A DNA stretch of 32,000 nucleotides from Pelobacter sp. (GTDB lineage: Bacteria; Desulfobacterota; Desulfuromonadia; Geobacterales; Pseudopelobacteraceae): contig JAVBXN010000046.1 in assembly GCA_030824515.1 (NCBI GenBank), positions 29,370-61,369 of the forward strand. The letters run 5' to 3'. Positions within the stretch are counted from its first letter, which is position 1, and each line of letters begins with the position of its first letter. A program made the translations under genes and the position numbers. Shown here piece by piece: positions 18,049 through 27,737 of this stretch. The notes under the pieces are model-generated. The model was not told where the DNA came from. It ran no database searches and worked only from the letters and a program-made list of their open reading frames with translations.

Positions 18049-18083
18049 GCAGATCCTCTTTTTTTTACAAAATACGATCTATC

Positions 18084-18113
18084 TATCTACCATGAGTAAA
18101 CCGGCAAAGTCAA
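18084..18113 (-). promoter_or_regulatory. Possible sigma-70 promoter for the M50/M29 operon
   Basis: The minus strand reads TTGACT, an 18-nt spacer, then TAGATA. This lies downstream of the glnA terminator and about 35 nt upstream of the AGAGGA ribosome-binding site of the M50 gene. Confidence 0.3.
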
Positions 18114-18132
18114 TCAAGGCCACAAATACAAA

Positions 18133-18156
18133 GAGGGCGGGATATCTCCCGCCCTC
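18133..18156 (-). terminator. Rho-independent terminator of glnB-glnA
   Basis: The minus strand reads GAGGGCGGGA-GATA-TCCCGCCCTC, a perfect 10-bp GC-rich stem, followed by TTTGTATTTG. It lies 25 nt after the glnA stop. Confidence 0.8.
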
Positions 18157-18180
18157 CTCTTTAAAACATGTCAAAACAGT

Positions 18181-19593
18181 TTAGATATCGTAGTACAGCT
18201 CAAACTCCAGTGGCACCGGACGCATACGGACCGGATTTACCTCTGCTTCAGTTTTGTACTCGATCCACTTCTCGATGACGTCCGGTGTGAAAACATCACC
18301 TTTGAGCAGGAACTCGTGGTCTTCCCTGAGAGCCTGGAGAGCCTCTTCGAGGCTGCCTGGAGCAGACGGGATATCCTTGAGTTCTTCCGGTGACAAACCG
18401 TAGATATCCTTGTCCAGTGGCTGGCCCGGATCGATCTTGTTCTCGACACCGTCGAGACCGGCCATCAGCATGGCAGCAAAAGCCAGGTAACCATTGCAGG
18501 ATGGGTCCGGAGTACGATACTCAACGCGTTTGGCCTTGGGATTGGTAGACATCATCGGAATGCGCAGTGAAGCTGAGCGATTGCGACTTGAGTAAGCCAT
18601 ATTTACCGGTGCTTCGAAACCTGGCACCAGACGCTTGTAGGAGTTGGTAGTCGGGTTGGTAATGGCACAGAGGGCTTTGGCGTGCTTGATGATGCCGCCG
18701 ATGTACCAGAGCGCCATCTGTGAGAGTCCGCCGTATTTGTCGCCGGCAAAAAGGTTCTGACCGTCCTTCCAGATTGACTGATGGCAGTGCATGCCGGAAC
18801 CGTTGTCGCCGTAAAGCGGCTTGGGCATGAATGTTACGGTTTTACCGTTGCGGTAGGCAACATTCTTGATTACGTACTTGAACCACTGCAGCTGGTCAGC
18901 CATGTCGACCAGCGAGGAGAAACGCATATCGATTTCAGCCTGTCCACCGGTGGCTACCTCGTGGTGCTGGCACTCAACACGAATGCCAACCTTCTGCAGC
19001 TCAAGCACCATCTCGTTACGCAGGTCATTCTGTGAATCAACCGGCGAACAGGGGAAATACCCCTCCTTGTGGCGCGGTTTGTATCCCAGGTTGGGGAATT
19101 CTTCACGGCCCGTATTCCAGGCGCCTTCAGACGAGTCAACAGCGTAGAAGGACTGATTTGCACTTGAATCGTAACGCACGTCGTCAAAAATAAAGAACTC
19201 TGCTTCCGGCCCGAAATAAGCGGTATCGCCAATACCGGTGGATTTCAGGTACATTTCAGCTTTTTTCGCAATATTGCGAGGATCGCGTGTGTAATCTTCC
19301 TTGGTGATCGGATCAAAGATATCGCAGATCAGGGACAGCGTCGGGACCGCAACAAATGGATCCATTTTTGCCGAGGTCGGATCGGGAAGAAGGATCATGT
19401 CGGAAGCGTGGATTGGCTGCCAGCCACGGATTGAAGAGCCGTCAAAACCCTGGCCTTCTTCAAAGGTATCTTCACTGAACTCGGTCATAGGAACTGATAC
19501 GTGCTGCCATGTTCCAACAAAATCCATAAATTTGTAATCAACCATCAGGGCGCCATTTTCTTTGGCAAATTCTACTACTTGCTTCGGGGTCAT
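18181..19593 (-). CDS. glnA: Glutamine synthetase, type I
   Basis: The 470-aa product carries [16 protein letters not shown] and [13 protein letters not shown] (the adenylylation-site Tyr region). An AAAGGAG ribosome-binding site precedes the start. Confidence 0.95.
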   Translation of the reverse strand: MTPKQVVEFAKENGALMVDYKFMDFVGTWQHVSVPMTEFSEDTFEEGQGFDGSSIRGWQPIHASDMILLPDPTSAKMDPFVAVPTLSLICDIFDPITKEDYTRDPRNIAKKAEMYLKSTGIGDTAYFGPEAEFFIFDDVRYDSSANQSFYAVDSSEGAWNTGREEFPNLGYKPRHKEGYFPCSPVDSQNDLRNEMVLELQKVGIRVECQHHEVATGGQAEIDMRFSSLVDMADQLQWFKYVIKNVAYRNGKTVTFMPKPLYGDNGSGMHCHQSIWKDGQNLFAGDKYGGLSQMALWYIGGIIKHAKALCAITNPTTNSYKRLVPGFEAPVNMAYSSRNRSASLRIPMMSTNPKAKRVEYRTPDPSCNGYLAFAAMLMAGLDGVENKIDPGQPLDKDIYGLSPEELKDIPSAPGSLEEALQALREDHEFLLKGDVFTPDVIEKWIEYKTEAEVNPVRMRPVPLEFELYYDI

Positions 19594-19629
19594 CAGTTGC
19601 TCCTTTCAGGGTATGTTATACAATAATTA

Positions 19630-20007
<378 letters not shown>

Positions 20008-20065
20008 TTATATGAATTATAAAACAAAAAGCAAGCGCAATACGCATACGTTTTACAACTTTATT

Positions 20066-20081
20066 TGCAAACCCCTTGCCA
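20066..20081 (-). promoter_or_regulatory. Sigma-54 (-24/-12) promoter upstream of glnB-glnA
   Basis: The minus strand reads TGGCAAGGGGTTTGCA, against the consensus TGGCACGrNNNTTGCW. This is a 15/16 match with correct GG/GC spacing, about 95 nt upstream of the glnB GTG. Confidence 0.65.
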
Positions 20082-20225
20082 ACTAAATTTACAAAATCAT
20101 GCTATTAATTCTAAATAGATACATGACATTATCAACCTCATTCAACACCGACTGCCAGAAGCAATGCACAACAATTAATCACGCAAAGCCACAGATGCCT
20201 AACAAACAGTCACGAAATCATGCTT

Positions 20226-20939
20226 TCAAGAATTGATATCTTTCAACTCCCTGATGATCTCTACCTGACGCTGATTGATATAGTGTGCGATCTGCTGCTG
20301 TGAATGCTTGTCAGAATGGACTTCAATAATGCAGGTAAATGGCGCACTTTCTCCGGTTACCTTGACAATGGTGGCCTCGACCTCTACCACTACAACTGAA
20401 TTACTGAGCGAATCCGGCAAGTTGAGAACCAGCCCCACATTTCTGCCGGGTACCAGCAGGTCCGAAGACATGGCGCTCATGGCGACCCCCCCCAGCGAAA
20501 TGTCCTTTACATTACCCTTAAGAACATTGTCTTCAAATACGATATCAACTTCGACCGGTCGGTCAAGCTGAACCCTGACAAAACGACGCATATCGGAGCG
20601 GATGCGGGCATAGGCAAAATTACACAGAATGGCGCGCTTTCTAGTGGAATTCACATAAAAAGCCTCACCAATCATGTCTTCACTAAAAGGGCTTTTGGCA
20701 TGGGAATAAATCAACGCCTTGCGTTCAAGACTGATCACCTTGGCCTGATACTCATGTATTGCGAATTCGGCCATTTCATTCTCTACACTTAACAGAGTCG
20801 CATCGTAGGAAACCGGCATTTCCTTGTAATAATTCAGAAAAGAAAAAGTTTGCCCTATCATCCCGGAAAGGAACTGGAGAATGACCATTTTGTCTTCATT
20901 CTCGGTGCCTCTGACAGCTTTGTCGTAGTATTGAAACAC
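20226..20939 (-). CDS. PilZ domain protein (c-di-GMP receptor type) with an N-terminal accessory domain
   Basis: The C-terminal half carries RRFVRV (RxxxR) followed by DISLGGVAM (D/NxSxxG). The listed start is GTG and is uncertain; the ATG at 20888 is an alternative. Confidence 0.8.
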   Translation of the reverse strand: MFQYYDKAVRGTENEDKMVILQFLSGMIGQTFSFLNYYKEMPVSYDATLLSVENEMAEFAIHEYQAKVISLERKALIYSHAKSPFSEDMIGEAFYVNSTRKRAILCNFAYARIRSDMRRFVRVQLDRPVEVDIVFEDNVLKGNVKDISLGGVAMSAMSSDLLVPGRNVGLVLNLPDSLSNSVVVVEVEATIVKVTGESAPFTCIIEVHSDKHSQQQIAHYINQRQVEIIRELKDINS

Positions 20940-20999
20940 TCCGTATACCCCAGGATATGATTAATTGAATTATTTGTTCAAATACAGTATATTGTAAAA

Positions 21000-21857
21000 A
21001 TGATTAACTATCAGAAATTCTCTCGGACGACAAGCACAATGAGATCTTCTTCCAAGTCATCCCGTTTATATGTTCAAGCTTTCATACGGGTAACATCACT
21101 GACAGCCGGATTAATTGTCTTATTAAGTTTTTCCTTGGCACAGGCCGATATCTACCGCTTTGTCACCATCGACGGAGTTGAGACTTTTACGGATACTCCG
21201 AACACTAAAGAAGCCAAGGTGGTCATAAAGGATCATTCCGTTTCTTCTTCAAAACACCGTAAAGGTTCCAAACGACAGAAAACACACGATATATCCCTCA
21301 ATGAAGTAGTTGAAAGAGCAGTTACTGCCACTCTTGTTCCCAGTGAAACCACCAATAATTCCTTCGAAGCGCGTCTGCCGGATGTGGGCGGAAGTATCAC
21401 ATCCAAAGTCGGAATGCGTATCGATCCGATCGACGGCTTATGGCGTCAGCACAACGGAATCGACATTGCCATTCCAACTGGTACTCCAGTCAAACCGATA
21501 GCCGCTGGAGTGGTCGTATATTCCGGAAGTCGGTCAGGTTACGGCAATACGGTTCTAGTCGAGCATGACAACGGTGTTGTAACGCTCTATGCACACAACA
21601 GCAATTTGATGGTCACCCAGGGACAAGCGGTTACACCGGCATCTGTTCTGGCCTTATCCGGCTCAACCGGAAGATCGACCGGTCCGCACCTGCACTTTGA
21701 AGCCTGGCAGTCGGGAAACAACATCACTGCGGCTTTTCTACCAGGTAGCAACATGACAATCCCCAAATCCACCCTGGTTGCAAAAAACCAGCGTGCGCCC
21801 CGTTTCCGCAGCGAGACCCTGTCGGACGGTTCTATCCTGTTCACCAACATCCCCTGA
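21000..21857 (+). CDS. Secreted M23 family metallopeptidase with a DUF4124-like N-terminal segment
   Basis: A signal-like hydrophobic segment ends in LAQA. It is followed by DIYRFVTIDGVETFTDTP and the M23 motifs HNGIDIA and GPHLHFE. Confidence 0.85.
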   Translation: MINYQKFSRTTSTMRSSSKSSRLYVQAFIRVTSLTAGLIVLLSFSLAQADIYRFVTIDGVETFTDTPNTKEAKVVIKDHSVSSSKHRKGSKRQKTHDISLNEVVERAVTATLVPSETTNNSFEARLPDVGGSITSKVGMRIDPIDGLWRQHNGIDIAIPTGTPVKPIAAGVVVYSGSRSGYGNTVLVEHDNGVVTLYAHNSNLMVTQGQAVTPASVLALSGSTGRSTGPHLHFEAWQSGNNITAAFLPGSNMTIPKSTLVAKNQRAPRFRSETLSDGSILFTNIP

Positions 21858-23044
21858 TGCTTGACCAGATCAACAAGTACACTGACAAGTTGATTGCCGA
21901 CCGCGCTGCAGTTTCCGGTCTGATTGCATTTGCTGCACAGGATGATGTCATGATATCCAGCGGAGAAAACTCTTTTGCATCACTGGCCTCCGACATCCTC
22001 TCCCACCTGAATTGTCTGGCTTTGGCAATAGCCCGCCCTTCCCTGCCATTTGCGGAATTTCTGGTGAGAAGGGCAACGGCGGACCAGCAGATGATTGTTC
22101 CCCGTGACACTGAGACAAGAACATTTCTGCATGACATTCCGATCCTGAGAAAATCCGATCTTGGCATTGATCCGGCCGACACCATTGCTGAAAAACTAGG
22201 CAGCCGCAAGGGAGTAATTGTTGAAGGGATCGGAATCATTGCGAACGGAGCACTAACGGTAGAGCAGGCCTACATAAACTGGTCTTCGGTTTTCCACTCA
22301 ACCTATATCAAGTACCTGGAAGATGTCCTTGAATCCGGCTTCATACTGCCGGAAGAGGAAAATGCTTTTGAAAAGTTTCGCAGTGAATGGCTTACCACTC
22401 TTTCGGCGCAGGGCCTTGTTTTCAGGAAAGGGCCATTCAGCGACAAAGCCGTCATACTGGACGAGATTGCTGCGGTTGGTCGCTATACCGTTCAGAGAGG
22501 TCTGGTGGACTCTTTCTTCGGAAACATATCTTATTCGGATAATGACCTGATCTACATATCACAAACCGCTTCCAGCCTGGACGAGCTCCCGGGCTGTATT
22601 GATCCGGTTCCCTTCAAAAACAGCTCAACCGTCGGCATCACGGCCTCCAGTGAACTTGTGGCACACCGTGGCATCTTTGAGACAACCGGTTGCCGCGCCA
22701 TACTGCACGGACATCCCAGATTTGCCGTTGTCATGAGCATGCTATGTGATGACAGGGAAAGTTGCACAATCGAAAATTGCTGGAAAGATTGTGGCAAGGT
22801 CCGTTTCCTGGGTAACACGCCGGTCGTTGCCGGTGAAATCGGGGCAGGCGGCATTGCCAAAAACGTTCCGCCGGTGATCGGTCAATCAGGGCGGGCAATC
22901 GTCTATGGTCATGGAGTATTCAGTATCGGAATGAGTGATTTCAGCGATGCGTTCCACGCACTGGTTGATGTGGAAAACTGGTGCCGACGTGAATATTTCA
23001 GAAAATTCGACGAACAATGGACATCCAGCACCTATCCATCTTGA
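21857..23044 (+). CDS. Class II aldolase/adducin-like protein (degenerate N-terminal half, intact C-terminal half)
   Basis: The C-terminal half carries GNISYS, SSELVAH, ILHGHP and YGHGVFSIG, the class II aldolase metal-ligand pattern. The N-terminal half keeps only IVEGIGIIANGALTVEQAY. The ATG shares 1 nt with the M23 stop (TGATG). Confidence 0.6.
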   Translation: MLDQINKYTDKLIADRAAVSGLIAFAAQDDVMISSGENSFASLASDILSHLNCLALAIARPSLPFAEFLVRRATADQQMIVPRDTETRTFLHDIPILRKSDLGIDPADTIAEKLGSRKGVIVEGIGIIANGALTVEQAYINWSSVFHSTYIKYLEDVLESGFILPEEENAFEKFRSEWLTTLSAQGLVFRKGPFSDKAVILDEIAAVGRYTVQRGLVDSFFGNISYSDNDLIYISQTASSLDELPGCIDPVPFKNSSTVGITASSELVAHRGIFETTGCRAILHGHPRFAVVMSMLCDDRESCTIENCWKDCGKVRFLGNTPVVAGEIGAGGIAKNVPPVIGQSGRAIVYGHGVFSIGMSDFSDAFHALVDVENWCRREYFRKFDEQWTSSTYPS

Positions 23045-23158
23045 TCTGCTCCATGTAATACTTTTCTAATACACCTAAACATCCCGCTTACTTGCCACTG
23101 CACCCACTCATTTTATCTCCCACTCAATCAAACACCGATTCTTCACGTCTATAAATAT

Positions 23159-23187
23159 TTGACAACCCGCCGAATAATCTGTATTTT
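23159..23187 (+). promoter_or_regulatory. Possible sigma-70 promoter of the cytochrome gene
   Basis: The sequence reads TTGACA (23159..23164), a 17-nt spacer, then TATTTT (23182..23187), in an AT-rich 261-nt intergenic region. Confidence 0.4.
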
Positions 23188-23305
23188 AAGTCAAATCTAA
23201 TTGTATTATATTTATGTTTATCGGCCGGATACCTTAGTCTGTCCGATGCATAAATTACGTTTATATGTGCGGTTATTCAGTCTTGGCAACGGAAGGAATT
23301 AAAAT

Positions 23306-24280
23306 ATGAGGATATTCCCACTGATTATAGTAATTTTGCTTATGTCGCTTACTTTCGGCGCGGTCCTTTGCCTGGCAAACGTTCCGGCACCTCCCGCCGA
23401 CCAGAACCTGGGACTGTGGGACAGAACCATCAACAACATGAGTGAGGCTGACTGTAGAGACTGTCACGGAAATGTTGTAAATGAACTGCACCATAAGTTA
23501 ATCACCACCAAGAACCTCTCCTGCTTCACTTGTCACAAATTGGATTACATCTCCGGATCCTGGCAGTTTGAACCGTTTCGGGACTGTTTCCAGTGTCACA
23601 GCCAGATAGCCGGACAGGCATCGGTTCACCATATTGGCCAGACAGCACAGAATGGCAACTGCGCCGCATGTCACGGCAGTCTGGTTCAAAACAGGGATGA
23701 CGGGCACTATATCCCGACTTACGGCGAATCCATGGTAACGCCCAGGCCTTCGGAAGGGACTGGAACAAATGGGAAGGGGGCCTGCGACTACTGTCATTCA
23801 TGGGGCAATGATCTGGGTACCAGCAAACTGGTTTATGCCAACAAGGAAACCCACCATGGTACCGGCTTGGGTCAGGATACCAACAAGTGCTCATGGTGTC
23901 ATGATTTGCAAGCCATCGCCGGGCTCAAGATACGATCCTGTGAACAGTGTCATGCACCACAATCACTGCACAATATCCAGCCAGACACAAACAGCGACGG
24001 CAATATCATTCCGGGTGCTGAGTTGCCATACAAGGGGCATATCGGAAACAATGAAGACTGCCTCGGCTGTCACGGTGGCGCCTCCAGCCAGATAAGCATT
24101 GGCGGTGGCAGTGGCGGTTGGTCGTTGTATAATCCCACCAGGCATCACCTTCTAGTTCAACAGAGAGGCAAAAAATGCCTCGACTGTCATACTCTGTATC
24201 GCAATGTCCAAGGTATTTTCGTATTCAAGGATTTCAGAACGTGCTCTGTCTGCCATAGAAGCGGCGGAAGAAGGCCTTAA
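23306..24280 (+). CDS. Secreted decaheme c-type cytochrome
   Basis: The product has an N-terminal signal peptide (MRIFPLIIVILLMSLTFGAVLCLA). I counted ten CXXCH motifs in 324 aa: CRDCH, CFTCH, CFQCH, CAACH, CDYCH, CSWCH, CEQCH, CLGCH, CLDCH and CSVCH. A GGAAGGAA ribosome-binding site lies 7 nt upstream of the start. Confidence 0.9.
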   Translation: MRIFPLIIVILLMSLTFGAVLCLANVPAPPADQNLGLWDRTINNMSEADCRDCHGNVVNELHHKLITTKNLSCFTCHKLDYISGSWQFEPFRDCFQCHSQIAGQASVHHIGQTAQNGNCAACHGSLVQNRDDGHYIPTYGESMVTPRPSEGTGTNGKGACDYCHSWGNDLGTSKLVYANKETHHGTGLGQDTNKCSWCHDLQAIAGLKIRSCEQCHAPQSLHNIQPDTNSDGNIIPGAELPYKGHIGNNEDCLGCHGGASSQISIGGGSGGWSLYNPTRHHLLVQQRGKKCLDCHTLYRNVQGIFVFKDFRTCSVCHRSGGRRP

Positions 24281-24354
24281 CGACCGTGAACGTCTATTAT
24301 CAGCGCCGGCCGGAGTAGTTGTAAAACCAGACCACGCAGACAAGATTGGCACAT

Positions 24355-25059
24355 TCAATCAATAGTCACATGCTCTGCAATCGTCATCGCGATCTTTTCC
24401 GGTGTATTGCGATCATTATTGAACAGTAGATCGTAATGGCAGGAAGCGTGGTCGTCCTGACCGAGAAAGTCCCTGGTAAAACGATCGCGCAGTCGCTGCT
24501 GCTTTTCGACTATTTTCTCGGCATCTTCGACCGGAATTCCCAATCTGCGGGCAATAGCGCCGACTTTGAAGGCTTGAGATCCATACAGCCTGAAATGATA
24601 GGCATTTTCAAAATGGCGGGTAATGATGGCACCACCCAGTTCCACAATGATTGCATTACCCTGCTCCGCCAGGGAGACCACATGCCGGCACAACATCCGG
24701 AAATAATCCTGGTCACTGGTCCAACGCGGCGAAAATGTGGCAAGGACCTCATTAAGTATCCGGTTTTTTTCCCCCAACCGCATCAAAATCTCTTCGGAAA
24801 TGTTATGCCGGCGGGCAAGCTCTTCGAGGACGGCCCTGTCGATCAGTACCCATTCCTCTCCGGTCTTTCGCATCAACAACTCGCGTAGCAACTCCGCAAC
24901 AGGATACCCCTCGCAGCCGTACTCCCGCGAAACTGTCACACAGGGGCGAGGCTTGGGCTTGTGTCGATTCTGACCGGCCTTCTGCTTCTGCTGGCGATTG
25001 TACTCCTCCAAAGACCCTATTCTCAAATCAACCGATGGTATCAACAGATTTTCCGGCAT
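24355..25059 (-). CDS. Cytidylate kinase-like family protein
   Basis: The sequence VTVSREYGCEGYPVAELLRELL, and the overall layout, resemble the Cytidylate_kin2-type family. I chose the ATG at 25059 because GGAAGGAGA lies upstream of it. The ATG at 25092 has no ribosome-binding site and abuts a hairpin. Confidence 0.6.
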   Translation of the reverse strand: MPENLLIPSVDLRIGSLEEYNRQQKQKAGQNRHKPKPRPCVTVSREYGCEGYPVAELLRELLMRKTGEEWVLIDRAVLEELARRHNISEEILMRLGEKNRILNEVLATFSPRWTSDQDYFRMLCRHVVSLAEQGNAIIVELGGAIITRHFENAYHFRLYGSQAFKVGAIARRLGIPVEDAEKIVEKQQRLRDRFTRDFLGQDDHASCHYDLLFNNDRNTPEKIAMTIAEHVTID

Positions 25060-25104
25060 GGGTGAACGTCTCCTTCCAATGTCCATATTCATTCATCAAA
25101 ACTG

Positions 25105-25142
25105 GAAATCCGCTGAACCGGTTTGAATGGTCAGCGGATTTC
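25105..25142 (-). terminator. Stem-loop after the radical SAM gene (probable terminator or processing site)
   Basis: A perfect 12-bp inverted repeat (GAAATCCGCTGA and TCAGCGGATTTC) flanks a 14-nt loop. On the minus strand it is followed by CAGTTTTGA. Confidence 0.45.
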
Positions 25143-25167
25143 TTTCAGATTACATGATTCCTATTCA

Positions 25168-26166
25168 TCAGGTCATGTTCCAGATCATCATTTCCAGAAT
25201 ATCCTTCCAGCTCTTGCCGATTTCATTGACGACCGTCGGCTCGAAACCGCAGTGCATCATGCACTGGGCGCAACGAGGGTCTTTGCCTACCCCGTACTTG
25301 TCCCAATCGGTTTTTTCCATCATCTCCCTGAAGGACGAGTAATGTTCGTCGGTGATCAGATAACAGGGCGCCTTCCATCCACGTGGGTTACGGGTCGGAT
25401 TGCCCCAGGGTGTGCACTCCAGTTTCTTTTCACCCTTGAGAAATCTCAGGTACATGGGAGTCGAAAAGAAACGGTGCTTCTTGCTCATCTCGTAGACATC
25501 GGCAAATTTGCGCTCAATATCGCGGCGCTCCAGAAACAGCTTCTCTCCGACGGCCTCATAACCGAATCCGGGAGCGACCAGCAAACCGTCGACACCGATC
25601 TCTTCCAAATGCGTGAACAGCATTTCAATTTCAACCAGATCGGTTTCATTGAAAATAGTGGTATTCGTACAGACCCTGAAACCCAGTTTTTTTGCCTTCT
25701 TAATAGCCTCCATACCGATTTTGAAAGCGCCCTTGCGCTCCAGAATGCGATCATGGGTTTCTTCAAGTCCGTCCATATGGACATTGATAGTGAAATTGGG
25801 ATGCGGTTTCATCGAGTCAAGCGCTTTTTCAAGCAGGATACCATTGGTACAGAGATAGATATGCTTGCCCCGGTCCAGAACCTCTTCAATAAGCTGGTAA
25901 ATGTGCGGATACAGGAAAGGCTCGCCACCGGTGATTGTAACCACCGGCGCCGGACATTCATCCACCGATTTGAGGCAATCCTCCAGGCTCATCATCTCCT
26001 GGATGGTATCGGCATACTCACGGATCCGGCCGCAACCGGAGCAGGCCAGATTGCATAGATGGGTAGGTTCCAGCATCAATACCAACGGGTACTTTTCAAC
26101 CTTGTTCAGCTTGTTACTGACGATGTATTTGGTCAGATCATAATTGAGACGCATCGGAAAACGCAT
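25168..26166 (-). CDS. HpnH-family radical SAM protein (adenosyl-hopene transferase-like, DUF3463-type C-terminus)
   Basis: The N-terminus KYPLVLMLEPTHLCNLACSGCGRI contains the CxxxCxxC motif. The C-terminus carries the Cys motif CAQCMMHCGFEP. At 332 aa its size is typical of the family. An AAAGGAAG ribosome-binding site precedes the start. Confidence 0.7.
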   Translation of the reverse strand: MRFPMRLNYDLTKYIVSNKLNKVEKYPLVLMLEPTHLCNLACSGCGRIREYADTIQEMMSLEDCLKSVDECPAPVVTITGGEPFLYPHIYQLIEEVLDRGKHIYLCTNGILLEKALDSMKPHPNFTINVHMDGLEETHDRILERKGAFKIGMEAIKKAKKLGFRVCTNTTIFNETDLVEIEMLFTHLEEIGVDGLLVAPGFGYEAVGEKLFLERRDIERKFADVYEMSKKHRFFSTPMYLRFLKGEKKLECTPWGNPTRNPRGWKAPCYLITDEHYSSFREMMEKTDWDKYGVGKDPRCAQCMMHCGFEPTVVNEIGKSWKDILEMMIWNMT

Positions 26167-26238
26167 TTGATTTACTTCCTTTCGATTGTTACTGCCTGAT
26201 CATGTTTATGTTGAAGAGTGCATACCGTGACGCGATAT

Positions 26239-26981
26239 TTATCGTTCCCACATTTCCTTTTTATCCTTGCCCAGATAGGCGCGTTTGACTTCGGCATTCT
26301 CCAGTAATTCGTCCGCCGCTCCTTCCAGGATAACCTTGCCGGTTTCCAGCACATAGCCGCGGTCAGCCAGCTTGAGAGCAGCCTTGGCGTTCTGCTCGAC
26401 CAGCAGGATGGTTGTGCCGTTTTCCTGACGCAACCGCTGCAGCACCCGGAATATCTCCTGAACAACCAGTGGCGCCAGCCCCATGGAGGGTTCATCCAGC
26501 AACAGCAGTTTCGGGTTGGCCATCAGAGCACGACCGATAGCCAGCATCTGCTGTTCGCCGCCCGACATGGTGCCGGCCAGCTGTTTACGCCGTTCCTCCA
26601 GACGTGGGAACAGCGCAAATACCTTTTCCATATCCTTGTGAATAGCGGCCTTCCCCTCGCGCCCTCGGTAGCGAAGATAGGCGCCCAACTGCAGATTGTC
26701 TTCAACCGAAAGCGGCTTGAAAACCTGCCGTCCTTCCGGCACCTGTGAAATACCGAGCTTGACTATCCTGTCCGGCTGCAGCGCCATAACCGGCTCCTTG
26801 CGAAACAGGATTTCACCATTCGAAGCGGGTGTGACGGCGGAAATGGAGTTGAGTATGGTAGTCTTACCCGCGCCGTTAGCGCCGATCAGGGTAACAATCT
26901 CCCCTTCGCCCAGATGCAGTGAAACGTTTTTCAGCGCATGCACCTTACCGTAATAGGTATTGATGTTTTTAAGTCGCAGCA

Positions 26982-26982
<1 letters not shown>
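26239..26982 (-). CDS. livF: Branched-chain amino acid ABC transporter ATP-binding protein
   Basis: The sequence carries Walker A GANGAGKTT, signature MSGGEQQMLAIGRAL and Walker B LLLLDEPS. Its start forms an ATGA overlap with livG. Confidence 0.9.

Positions 26983-27729
<747 letters not shown>

Positions 27730-27737
<8 letters not shown>

Noticed and set aside
20012-20086. A 24-codon plus-strand small ORF (MNYKTKSKRNTHTFYNFICKPLAN) in the glnB upstream region.
   Set aside because: It has no ribosome-binding site, lies in AT-rich promoter DNA and overlaps the sigma-54 promoter on the other strand. It is most likely fortuitous.
24281-24354. A search for a terminator in the convergent gap between the cytochrome gene and the kinase-like gene.
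   Set aside because: The only candidates are short palindromes (such as CCGGCCGG) with no stem of useful length or T-tract, so I made no call.
25123-26058. A 311-aa plus-strand ORF.
   Set aside because: It is fully antisense to the HpnH-like radical SAM gene, which has the CxxxCxxC motif and a good ribosome-binding site. The plus-strand ORF has no recognisable motifs or ribosome-binding site.
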